From contig JBEWZL010000246.1 of the NCBI GenBank assembly GCA_045837725.1, forward strand, positions 124,001 to 188,000: a DNA stretch of 64,000 nucleotides, read 5' to 3'. The notes beneath the pieces are model-generated. The model worked only from the letters and a program-made list of their open reading frames with translations, was not told the origin of the DNA and made no database searches. Below, piece by piece: positions 1 through 12,033 of this stretch. Numbering within the stretch: the stretch's first letter is position 1; each line of letters starts with the position of its first letter. A program made the translations under genes and the position numbers. This stretch comes from Vermamoeba vermiformis (lineage: Eukaryota).

Positions 1-1286
1 TCGTATGTATAAGCTGTTAGACGCAATTTATTCGCATATAGATGTCTTATAATATTCATTGTATAGGAATCCGCGATTGAAAATTTGTTGGATCCGACAC
101 ACCTTCAATTCGTTCATGAAGGCCAACAAGGTGACGTCATCGGACCTCGTAATGTGAACTATCCTGAAGGTACGTAGCACGCGCCTTTTTTCGATTTCGA
201 ACGAATAATCAATTTAATGTAGCGTCTGTGGCTAAGATCGAAGAGACTGGCATTGAGGGTGGATTTTTGGGCCGAATTACATCGGACAAAACTGTCAAAA
301 AGACGAACTATTTGTTAGAGTTTGAACCTCCCTGCACCGTTAGATTAGAGGTACAGTCTATATTGTTTCAAAGACTAAGCTAATTGTTGTGGCATTAGGT
401 CAAGTTCCCTAACGGCACGTGGAAATTTCACCAGATGCATTACTTGATTCCCGTTCAGCACAACAAAGTTAAAATGTTGTTGCGCAGTTTCAGAAATTGG
501 CTCAAATTTATTCCTGCTTCAACATTTGCTGCGAATAACTACGCTGTGTTATTGCAAGACATCGGAGGTAATGACGGTATATTAAAGGGTGTTAAAATTT
601 TGTCATTTTCAAGCTCGCACCAATTGTAATGTATTTTTCTCAGTGCTATTATCGCAAAAGAAAAGACTCGACCAAGGCTCCTCGCGTTGGAATTTGCCTG
701 TGCCAACTGATAACATGGCAGTGCGATTTAAGAAGTGGATTGACGAGGCTCAAAAGGCACACCCCGTTTGGTTCAAGTACGGGCTTATTGTTATTTTAAT
801 AGTACCCCTCGCTGATAGTATTCCCTAGGAACTTTAACTCAACAATGAAAAATCCGAGCGTTGAATTGACGCACGACATCGAAGGTTCGTGAAAAAAAAA
901 TGTGTTCGAGGTGAAGACTTTTGTTACTTATTGTTCTAATTATAGATCTTGGGGATTCAAACAAATGTTGTGGTTGTGCTAGCAGTGACATGTACGCATG
1001 TGATGACACCAAGACTCTTCAAAATGTCATCGACAAAGAGAAGAAAATTTGGCCAAAGTCGACACAAGACCCGCCTGGCGCATTGGGATTCAAGTTCTTG
1101 GCCGCGATGAACTTTGTGAAAAATATTGCAATTCTATTGGTCATTAGTTTTGCACTGTATTTCTTGGCCGTGAAGATGACGTGGATGCCGGCCAAGTCTA
1201 ATTCAGAGTTGATCATTTACAGCTTCGTCATTGCATTTGTCAGCGTTGCTTCGTCAAAGATATCCAACGGAAATGGTAAACATTAG
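1..1286 (+). CDS. Rieske non-heme iron oxygenase, catalytic C-terminal part (pheophorbide a oxygenase/Tic55-like); 5' end lies outside the window; multi-exon; two C-terminal TM helices
   Basis: The exon from 67 reads ESAIENLLDPTHLQFVHEG, matching the mononuclear-Fe motif ExxxDxxHxxxxH. Later exons give LEFEPPCTVRL, VLLQD..LLSQ and PTDNMAVRFKKW. GT-AG introns; stop at 1284-1286. Confidence 0.8.
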
Positions 1287-1471
1287 ATTAAAAGCCACTA
1301 AACTTGTACGAACTGTAAATGTTATTTTTTCTCGCTCGTTGTCTTTGCAGCGGCTTTTGCAGCATTTTTAGCCAGAATGAAATTTCGCGTCACGTGATCG
1401 AACCACAGGACAGGACTGAATAAAACAATTAATATTTCTTCAATCACCGCAGCACCACCTTGCATTTAATC

Positions 1472-2376
1472 ATGGAACATGACGTCGTAATGACGGATTT
1501 GGCTGACTTCGTGTCTTATTTTCAGGTAAGATTTGGATATAGAGGACGTTAGCATATTATCTAGTAAATTTAATAAATTAACGAAATAATTAGTCGCAAA
1601 TTTTATTTAATTATCGCACAGGATTGGGTTGACGTCCAGAATTTTCTATAATTTTTCTGCTCCAGAAAATCTACATTTCTGACTACTTTTAATATCAAAA
1701 ATATGGAATAATAATTTATTAAGCTATTTGCCACTAGGAACTACTGGATCCGCTTCTCGAACAAATATTTCGAGATTTTGACGAGTCTTTCAATGGCAGA
1801 AGCGATACAGCGATATTAAGAACTGTTTGCAAAAATTTTCGAAGAATTATAGACACTTCAATACCGTATTTTTGCCTCTACAGAACTTTAACGGATGCGA
1901 TCAAACAGCACAACGAAAAACCGTTTTCGTCACCATGGCTCACATCATATCAATCCAATATTCATTCAGTATTATTTCAGCCAAAGCCTGTGCTTAAAAA
2001 TTTCACCGAACAGCACGATCTACCGGAAGATCCAAAAGACGAACCATTACTCGCCTTAGAAATTTTATTATCGACAATTAGAGCCAAAAAGTTCGTGCAA
2101 TATCATTACCCGAATCTATCACCACATATAGAAGTCATATATATGCCATTTGTAGAAGATTACGTCTCATTTTGCGCATGGTCCTGTTTTGTCCTAACAA
2201 TTCCGACGAAAGCAAGAAGATTTGGAGGGAAAAAAATATTGTTCCAATATAGAGAATATTCCGTGTTTATTCACTTGGAAGATCAAGATCTGGCTGATTA
2301 TTTGGGTCTTTCCGCACTGGATGTCGTGATCAACCCTGATCCTCAATTTGAGTACCTTCCAAGTTACTCGTTGTAA
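1472..2376 (+). CDS. F-box-like protein; possibly the 5' part of the downstream WGR-like gene
   Basis: ATG at 1472 and an intron at 1526-1737, then ELLDPLLEQIFRDF...ILRTVCKNFRRII (F-box-like) running into ORF 1990-2376. The GTAAGT donor at 2373 (phase 2) does not match the acceptor at 2452 (needs phase 1), so linkage to the next gene is unresolved. Confidence 0.45.
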
Positions 2377-2452
2377 GTATAGATGTTCTAGCTCTTAAAT
2401 TAATCCAATTACATTTAAATTTAAAATATCGGAGGAAATTTATTTATTTTAG

Positions 2453-5018
2453 TCCTAAAATGGCGGTTGTTAATGTTTAAACATTATAGCCGCCCGCAAT
2501 TAGAAACGAAGATTGCACAACTTTTAGATGATGATTTAAGACAAGAATATATTTATAGAGCGACAGATTACCCAGATCTAATTGCAGACGGGAAGATAAT
2601 TCCTTGCACAGACAATTCCCCGAAATTACTCAAATATTCTCCGAAATCATTGATAGCAGCGCTACCGACACTACCAAGAGCGTTATATTTATTAGCAACG
2701 GATCAAAACGGAGATTTTTGGAATAATTTGTATTCATGCTACGACCTCATCGATCGATTCAGAACGAATTCAATCCACAAATCAGCAATACTAGCTGTAG
2801 TGTCGAACAAATACAAAAACTCCGAAGTCGGAGAAATTGTCGACATTTTGTGCCGATCAGCGGAATATTTAAAGCCAGACAAGATTTATTTTTACACGCC
2901 AAAAGCTGAAAAAATCGTTTTATTCACGCTTAAAATTCGAGAGCTAAATGTGGACTATTGTTATCGATACGACGAATTAGACAAAGTTAATTATCAACAG
3001 TACGTATGCTCAGTTGTTTCATGAAAATCAACTTGTAATGAAATTTCCTTTTTAGGATTACCGATGAATTCGATGAAGATATTGCAATACTTTCGGTTCA
3101 AAAAGATCTGAATTTTCCAAAGTTGATAACGCCCCAACAATTCAAGATCATTTTAAACGATTTTTCGGACCATTTCTTCAAGAATGAACCCGTCAAACTG
3201 CCAGTGCCTCCGCCACTCAGAGACGGAGCAAAAAATCTTTTGAAATCATCGTACAATGACGTAGATCCATCCGCGCAAATGAAATCAGCGACAGTTTATT
3301 CGGAAGAAAATTATTATATGGACGATGGAAAGAGCAACAATAACAACGATAATACGAATCAAAACAATCGATTGATTTACTCTTCGTGCCGTAGAACGCC
3401 TTCATTAATCTCTGATAGAGACCATTACTCATTATTTCAAATTTTGCAAGTCGATAACGGCGACCAGAAGGACTATTTTTTTCACTTGCGGATCGGTCGC
3501 TTGCCAGTCTGGCGTAGCAGCAACGAGCACTTTGTTCACACAATGAAAGTATCTCTTGAAGAAGCAAAGGCACTCTTTGACTTTTGGTACGTATTAAATT
3601 CCGTTTGCATTACAAGCAGCTGTCAGCTGTAATTGACAAGTGACACTTTGACACCGTGAAAAATATGATGACACGTGTCAAACTTACCAAATTTCAGTGA
3701 TTATTTTTAACAACGTTATTATTATAGGTCGAGATATTTTACTAGAAAAGGGCTTCATTTCACCACTGAACCGAAAACAGTAAGTTACTTGGTACTTTAA
3801 CGAATTTGTTTTTCTAATGGATCCAATTTAGTTGAAAACTGTGTTGCACATCGAAAGATTACCGCACTATCTCGAGTTACTTCGCAAAGGAGAATTTGAC
3901 GTTTCTCTGACCGACGAATTGGTCCAATTATTCCCTTCAGTCCTAGCGTACCTACTCAAAACTGAAGTTATTGAAAGACAACACGGCCCTCAAGAAGCTG
4001 TGAAAGTTATTGACGTAACTTTTGAACAAGGCACGAAATTTCGAGTACATAAGAGCGTGCAATTGTGGGACAAGAAGATCGAATTGTTTATCAAAGCCAA
4101 GGACCCAATCAACGCATTTTTAAGCTACATCATGAGCTGTCATCACGCTTTTCCAAGAAAATTCCCGGAAGAACTCTACGCGAAAATGATGATGCAACTT
4201 GAACGCGACAAAGAATACGAAATGCAAATATCAGCCGATCAAATGATTTTAAGCAATATTTTCAAATCTGCAAATATCGCTTTAGAGCCCAATCGCGAGG
4301 CCATGCAATTGCTCAACGAATTAGTCCAAGACGCTAAACGCACGTGCCAGAGCAATCATCCGGACATACTTCCTATTAAGGAAATTTTTGACATTATCTC
4401 AAATGATGTCAGAATCGAATTCTTGCCCAGCGAGCATGAAGAACGGAAGCTTATTTTCAATAATATCCTATTTGGCGATTCTAAGCTCAAACCGACCGAT
4501 GAAATCGCCGTATGGAAAGTCCATTCGAAATTCATTACAGGTAACAGCCTTAATAGACTACGAAATACTGAATTTAAATTAATTATTTTTTAAATTTCAT
4601 AGCGGATCCGAATAATTGGTATTGGACTGAACTTAGACAGCCGTTATGGCTGCCAATACTATTGACAAAAGGAGAGTTTCCAAAGTCAACTTTAGAGCTC
4701 TTTATTAACGATGAGATACCTCCGAGCACTGTATCATTGTTTTGCCAGATAAAGAAGCACTGGATGCAGCAACGTGGGGGACCTCGCAGCTCACAAATAA
4801 CAACAGCGACTGTTCATGGAGGAGATATAGTTCCAGTGAAGTATATAGTGCTTAATAATCACGATAAGCGTGATGATGCGAACGCAGATGTGCTTGTTCG
4901 GTTTTTGAATCTGTTGGATTCGAGATCGAACCGGATCACCGGCCAATTTATCGCCGCTTGCTGTAATTATTTTGCTCAATATGCTAGCATACTACCACCT
5001 AAGAAAGAGCGTATATAA
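2453..5018 (+). CDS. Multi-exon protein with a degenerate WGR-like domain followed by a helical/TPR-like region
   Basis: Phase-compatible exons join ORFs 2467, 3123, 3832 and 4662. HYSLFQILQV..YFFHLRIGRL..SLEEAKALFDFWSRYFTRKG resembles the WGR domain pattern. Confidence 0.5.
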
Positions 5019-5283
5019 GTGATGAAAAATTTCGACAAGACCGGTGCCGAACGGACTTATACACGACGTTCGAATATTGGCGGTACAATAGAATAAAGCA
5101 TAATCCCAGAGAACTTGAATGAAAGTCGTGTACAGTCGTTCAGTCGGGCTCTTCCGTTTTAAGTTAAGGCCTATACAGACTTCTGCACGCAATCTGGTGG
5201 CAATCTCGTAACCGAGAAAATCCCTTTAAAATTTTATCGGGACGATCTTTATTAGTTCGGCAATAACGCCTTCAACAGAGTGA

Positions 5284-7125
5284 TTATCGAGCTTTAACAA
5301 TATCATCGTAGTCAGAGATGGCGAGCTGGATCTCGTACATGTCGATCTTGCGACCGACGTTGAGTGCACTGAGAGACTTGCCGCTGCGAGTAGCAGGTGC
5401 TTCAGATTCGTTGAGCTCAAGGCCTCGCTTGTTGTACAAGTAGCCGTCATTGCAGAGGACTACATTGTAATAACGATAATCGTCCAGAGGGCACTTGCAA
5501 TGTTCTGGCAACTCATCGCCATTGTTCTAAAATTTGAAGCATAATTAGCACTGGCTACTATCATAAACAACGTTGTCTGATAACAAATGAAAATTTTTAA
5601 GTAGATCTACTCACCACTTCGTTATGGATAATGTCAGCGATCATCTTCTTATAGACCGTCATTGCTTGAGGCTTGTCAGCGAAGTACAAGGTTTGTCTAG
5701 TTTTCGGAGAATTTTTGTCCGTTTTTAAGTGCTCCATCAGCGCGGCACGCTCGTAGATGTAGCCGTCATCAACGACCACAGGGTCATTGCACAACACACC
5801 AGTGATAGCGCACTTGAAGATGTCGGGCAAGAAGACTTTCTCGAGCTTCTTGAGCTTTTGAAGAGTATCGTTCTATGAGTGAACAAAGGGTTAGAACTGG
5901 TCATAACGGATCGGATCTGACCCGCACTTACTAAGTTAGGGAAGAGCTCTTTGTTCTGGTTCATGAAGCTAGCGTACATCATAGGAACAATGCTGTATAG
6001 ATATCAGTACGCGCTATGTATAGACATATTACAAGCTTACCATTTGGCCAGATATTTGTCGCAATCGTGATGTTTGCTGGATCTCGCGAGATCTTGAGCG
6101 GTTTTCTAAAGCGATTGAATAATCTATTTAAATGAAATACCTCGAATACTTACACCCTAAAAAGAATATAATTAATTACACTCGTACCGTCGAATCGATG
6201 ATGCTTACCCTCTCGTCTTTGGCCAGAACGTTGGCGCCAGCTTCTACCAACATTTTAACGACTTCAATGAACCCGTTGTCGGCAGCTTCATGCAAGGCAG
6301 TCTGTTTAACCAATGCGATTTAAGTCTATGTAACTGGTGAAGCGAAGGATATTACTTACGCGCTAGAAAAAAAGTTAGATTCGTTGGTTTGTGGATTTAA
6401 AGTACTTACTCCCTGTTGAGTAGAATAAAGAATAGAGTCGATTGATTAGCACCTTTCTAACGTAACATCGAGGAAATTTTACCTTCTAAAAACACAGATT
6501 AAAAAAAAGTTGAACGAAAATCGGATGTGGTACTTACAGCCTGTTATTGAACAGAAAAAAAAAGAGAGATAAATTAGTACCGTGTTAAATCGATATATTA
6601 TGAACGAACGTACGTTGGCAACGTTAACATCAGCACCAGCAGCAATGAGAGCTTCAACCATTTTATCGACGGTGATCTCATTATCTTCGTCTGCTCCACA
6701 AACGCCGATCAACAAGGTCTTATAGCTCGATGATTAATATATATAATGACTTCGCTATCTCGTAGAGTTGAAACTTACTTTCTGTAACGTGGATGAAATA
6801 AATTAGTTTACCCAAATTAGGAAATCATTTAAGTGGATACTTACACCGTATTTCTATATTGTTGGAAATAACAGAATAATCAATTAGTTACATGGTTGAA
6901 CTCATTAGGTGCACGAACTTACGTCCTAAATAATAATCATTATTTTTGAACAATACATAACTAACCGTTAATTTACGTACCTTTTTATTAACATCGAACT
7001 TTTCAGCGATCATCTTTTTCATCGTCTCGAATGATTCTTTATCGCCATGGTGGCATCCAAACCAAGCATAATCCGACCTGCGGAAGAATGTTAGTTCTCA
7101 ACTCTTTCAACAGTACTTCGTACAT
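5284..7125 (-). CDS. Ankyrin-repeat plus tandem U-box protein (putative E3 ubiquitin ligase); 16 coding exons, 8 of them internal microexons
   Basis: Exons (minus): 7125-7124, 7077-6981, 6925-6923, 6853-6845, 6781-6779, 6718-6614, 6540-6538, 6485-6483, 6412-6410, 6362-6360, 6301-6209, 6156-6154, 6105-6041, 5992-5932, 5872-5615, 5526-5284. Splicing gives ...[15 protein letters not shown]...[51 protein letters not shown]..., then U-box LPDIFKCAITGVLCNDPVVVDDGYIYERAAL..SPKTR and a second degenerate U-box LPEHCKCPLD..NDGYLY. Confidence 0.88.
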
Positions 7126-8265
7126 TATCGTAGCGTTTGAATAGGCAATACTAGTAGCTTGTGGTGTTGATTTAACTTCAGCGATACAAATAATCTCGGC
7201 AATACCTCGATAAATTGCCGCAATTAAAATTGATAAATTCATGAATTTGTGGACTGGATCCAGTCCAAATATGGAAGAAATGTAGGTAAACTCCACAACG
7301 AGTAACGGATTGATATCTGGACATGGTTCTGCATATTTATGGAATTCTATTCCGCCCGATGCCAGGATTTCGTTCTTCGACTGAGTTAGACGAACAAGAT
7401 GCGACGTAACATATTGCATGCAACGAATAAGGGATCAAGTGTAATGCTAACGCCGATATCGTATATCCATTCCTGCCTTAAAATTGCTAAAACATTTGCC
7501 ACATTTGGATCCCGTCGCAATCTCAAAAGAAACACAATTGGAAACCGCAACGACAGACGCTGTTCTGACACTACTGGCTTAATCATGACGCAAATACGAC
7601 TTAATATACAGCATCATCGCGGACGATCAAGATGGAAAACTTCCGATGCCAAACGGGTACAAGACAACTTGCTGAATAAAAGAGCTAAACGATAGTATTA
7701 GCGTTACTCGAAACTCATTTCAAATGGATCCATTCGTGGCCGCTTAGTATACTTCTGATCATTGATCGATTCGATCAAAAGCCTAAGCTCGGAATTTAAA
7801 TTCCATAGCGATCCTGAACGTCGGATCTGCTGCAGCTAAGCTATTAAGTCAATATCCCCACAATTAATCGGAACGTACGTACCTTCTAAATAAGGTAATG
7901 CCAATTTATTTTATCTGATCCAAAGAGCCATTGGAATTCGAGATTATCACCTCAAGGGACCTTAGTGACATTGATCCTATCATTGTAGCACCTAGGTAGT
8001 CTTAATAAACCACATTTCGTTTCGGTTTGAAATTATCCACATTTGGTTAATTAAAATTAAACGAAACTTGTGGATCCTTAGCACGACTCTTCAAACAGAA
8101 GATTTACGTCCACAATTAGGAATCTATTATAGAATTCCCGCTCTGTAAAGCAGGGGCGTAATTTTCTCCAGGGCACTGGCCCTGATTGATTTTTCAGTGA
8201 TAAAAGGCGATCAATTTTTCTGGTCATTTCATCCTCAAATCTAATCAACAACAACACACCTCAAT

Positions 8266-8528
8266 ATGCCTAACTGCGAGAACTGCGGCGGTGGTACTTC
8301 CAAGCCTCACACTGTAAGCATCTGCTTTTTGCCACAGATCAAAATTTAAAATTCGACAACCGATAAATAAAAACGATAACCTTGACTAAAATATGAATAA
8401 TCAAACAGGTTGAATGCAAGAAAGGTTGCACGATGAGCGTCTGCGCTCCCTGTGGTACCACTCCTCAAGCCAGAATTGGTGTTAAGTGCCCCAAGTGCAA
8501 CTCGATCGCTCACTGGGAGAAGAAATAA
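8266..8528 (+). CDS. 55-aa stand-alone 8-Cys RING-like zinc-finger protein (2 exons; absent from the ORF track)
   Basis: Exons 8266-8313 and 8409-8528 (GTAAGC...ACAG, phase 0) give MPNCENCGGGTSKPHTVECKKGCTMSVCAPCGTTPQARIGVKCPKCNSIAHWEKK*. Confidence 0.75.
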
Positions 8529-8710
8529 GTGCGTCATGCTTTGTTCGACGCTTAGATATGTCGATCTTTTGTACTTAAGTTATTTATAAATAACGGCTCG
8601 ATTTAAACCGGAAATTCATTATTTACCCGGATTAGTTTCGCAACGGTCAAAAAAAATAACCAAATTAGCTTCATTAACTTACGTACAAGCAGTATAAACA
8701 ATGCAACTGT

Positions 8711-9409
8711 TTAGTCCCAGTCCAAGCTCTTCGTACGGTAAGCCTTCAAACCGATGTACGAAAGGAATCCAACAGGTCCAAACATCATCGTCAAAAACAA
8801 GCAAGGAGCCACAAACCAATGGTTAATATTTTGCTTCTTAGAGTCGTTGAGTATCCATCGACCAACGAAGAGGTCAAATGCCGCGAAGTGGACCTAGATC
8901 AGGACGGAAGGTTAGGAATGGAGCGGATCCCTAGTAACGGAACACGAAATTTCGCGCGTACCCAACCAAGTAATACGGCCAAGTTTTGAGAGAATAAGGC
9001 ACGAACTCCAGCAAGTGTTGCAAAGTCGCCCATCTGTAAGCCGCCTTCAAAAAAAGTGTCAATTCAAAAAAATCTTTCTAAATATTCAATTGGGCTTAAA
9101 AATAGATTATAATGATTACAATATTATTTGTAAATATTGTCGCTTTAAATCACGTTAAAACTAACCCTTGGCCAAAGTATTTCCCAAAATGACGGAGTAG
9201 TTGAATGCATGCAATAGAGGCGTGTAGAGAGTGATTTTTCGGGTTATTTTATGGTCAGGCGCAAAGGTCATAGCACCGAACGCGACCATATTGCTAATTG
9301 GAAAAAGTTTAGATTCAATCTGAAAAAATATTTTACTTAGTCGATGTACGTACACCAAGTTGCTCGCTTTAAAAGCTTGAGGTGCGATAGAGTCTAAAAA
9401 TGCTTGCAT
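8711..9409 (-). CDS. ABA4-like / DUF4281 membrane protein (4 exons)
   Basis: The spliced product contains the ABA4/DUF4281 signature LGWVHFAAFDLFVGRWILND..INHWFVAPCLFLTMMFGPVGFLSY. ATG at 9409, stop at 8711-8713. Confidence 0.8.
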
Positions 9410-10099
9410 TTCGTTGTCTCGTTTGTACGATCTGTCAGTTGTTGATTGAAAAAATCGACTCTTCTTTTTTTCAGTCCAGTGAAGGGACGTCAAACATACC
9501 TGAACTCAGTGTGCACCAGTACACAAATGGCAAACGCACAGAAATATTGATTGCAGCGGCAAACCAACGAAATACTTTTTCGGTACGCGTACATCCGTTC
9601 CTCGGCAGCCGGATTTCCATCATATTTCACCTATACCGTTGTCAACGTCTAAAATTCAATTATATTAATCATTTCAACCATTCTATCGACGTACTTGCCT
9701 ACTAAATACCCAGGTAAGCAAAAATCTTTTTGCAAAGCTCCATCCGAATTTTAAAATCGAATAGAACAGTTGTAATGACTTTTCGATGCTTTAATCAAGT
9801 TCACTATCTCCCTTACCCCATGCGCCATATTATTAATAATTTTTAGGCATGCTTCTGGACTAGATCAATCGTTCCAACGCGTAGTTCGATTGCCCTCTCA
9901 TACTCGTGGTCTATACCGGACTATTCGTACTACCGAATACAATTCAATAGATCAGGGCTTGCTAATGAAGTAAATTCCATTTGACATCAAATGATAGCAT
10001 CGGGCCACCCTAGTGGTCCCATGTATGTCTCTCTAGTTTGTTTCCAACGGTTCAAACATTACAAATTAGATTTACTCTGAAGCACATACGAAGCCCGTA

Positions 10100-11715
10100 A
10101 TGGCTTTAAGGTTGAATGTTCTCTTTCTTGCTTTGGTAGTGGTCGGATTCACGACCAAAACTGCTTTGGTAAGACACTTAATTCATTTTCAACAAATAAC
10201 TGTTCTCTTTTATTAATATAATACAATTGATATTAGGCAGCTGAACCAGCATGGCTAGCCGGCAAGCCAATGAATCAATGGTTTGAAATTAATGGCACGA
10301 GCGGTGCTGCTGGAGCGGTTTTAAATGCTTGGGGCAGCTTAATTCTTCGTGAAGATACGACCGAATTATTTGTTGCTGCTAGTGGCGGTCACGGCGACTC
10401 AAGCGACAATCGAGTTGTCTCGATCAAGTTGACTGACGATCAGCCGCAATGGATCATACGCGCCGAACCAACGCCTGTTGAGCAACGAGTAGTTGATGTA
10501 GCGTACTATCTCGATGGCTTACCTTCATCTCGTCATAATTATCAACATAACTTTTGGGTCCCTGCCATCAACCGAATCATTATGTGTGGCGCCAGATTTA
10601 CTTATGGATCTGCGTACACGTTTCTCACAGTCGACGGATTCAATCCAGAGACGAACAAATGGGACCCTCAAAACACTTGGCCTAATGTTACAATCAGCTA
10701 CGGAGTCGTTCGTGAACGTAACAGCAGTATCATCTGGACGAATGCGCTAGAGCGAGTAGATCTCGAACAAAGAACGATAACACTGCCCATTACTAGCACC
10801 GCTAACGTTGAAATGCGCTGGCCAGTAGCTCACGATAGTCTTCGCCACCAGTTGTTTTCATTGCAATGGGGCGATAGTCAAGGATACGGCACAGGTACGG
10901 ATCAAAGTTCTATTATAGAAACACTAAATCTATTTATAAATAAAATAATATAATATAAGAATATAGTCTATATCGCCTTTAAATCTTAGTTTAGTAATAA
11001 CAATAATTTTAATCAGACACGAAATTTCTTGATCCCAAACATCGATGAAAATAAACTAACGTATTGCTGTTAATAACAAACAGGCATTCAAGCGTCGCGT
11101 ATTCCGCTCAACCCGGGCAACACACAACTCCAAGTCACGTTCAAGAGCAGTCAAGCAGTCGACATGTTCAGTGCTGAAATGCCGACCTATGCAGCCATGG
11201 ACTACGATCCCATCAACGACCGATTTTTGTTCTACAACGGTCAAGGTACTTCTGCTGGTCGTATCTACGTCATCACTCCGAACGATGGCAATGAGTGGGA
11301 TATGAGTATTCTGCCCTTAGACGCAGGATCCGCTACACCAGACGTAGTACCAGCGTCAGGCATCAATCGCAGATTTCTTTATGTGCCTGGACTCAACGTG
11401 TTCGTAATGATGCCGCTTCAAGAAGGCAATATCTGGTTCATTCGTGTCGGTAACTTCGGTACGTATCAAATGACATTTTTGACATTTTGACACTTTGACA
11501 CTCAGTACGAACTTCAACAATTTGACATGTACTAATGCTAACCTTTAGAGCAAATTCCTCAATCGGCGCCTTACGTCGCGAGTCCTGAAGTGTCAACTCC
11601 TCAGTCATCGAACACACCGACAAGTTCGAGCGGCCCTAAAGCTCAAACAAGCATTGCTCATCAATTGGCCTGCTGCGCTCCTTTGTTGGTGCCGTTGGTT
11701 AGCTTCGTGTTTTAA
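10100..11715 (+). CDS. Secreted, probably GPI-anchored beta-propeller-like protein, copy 1
   Basis: Signal-peptide exon (MALRLNVLFLALVVVG...), 4 exons. Motifs ASGGHGDSSDNRV, YYLDGLPSSRHNY and MDYDPINDRFLFY; S/T/P stalk and a hydrophobic C-terminus. Confidence 0.75.
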
Positions 11716-12033
11716 TACATATATTATTAATTTCGATAGATAAATTGTTCTAATACACTACTCAGGCTTTAAAATTGGCAATTCGAAATACTGGATCGAC
11801 TTCAAAGTTGCTCAGAAGTATCGTACTCGAGTTGACAGACATGACTTAAAGGCCTATCGCTCTCATTGATAAGCATGTAGATTGACCTGTCGCGAAATTT
11901 CCATTTTTCATGACAGATTTTGCTTTCAGTCCCGTGCTGGTCCCATGAAATCTGTTAATCTAATTATTTCTGTGCTTCAGTTTGACATTATTTTTTTCTT
12001 TCGCGGACGTTGCAGCAGCAAATCGAAGTTCAA

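Noticed and set aside
6453-6456. Possible additional microexon TTAG|AAAG|GTGCTA (minus) inside an ankyrin intron
   Set aside because: It is 4 nt, so it would shift the frame. The donor is weak and overlaps the likely branch point (GCTAAT), and the ankyrin consensus is complete without it.
7126-7695. ORFs 7039-7419, 7386-7586 and 7399-7695
   Set aside because: No recognisable motifs. They overlap the presumed promoter/5' region of the ankyrin gene, whose split ATG explains its start.
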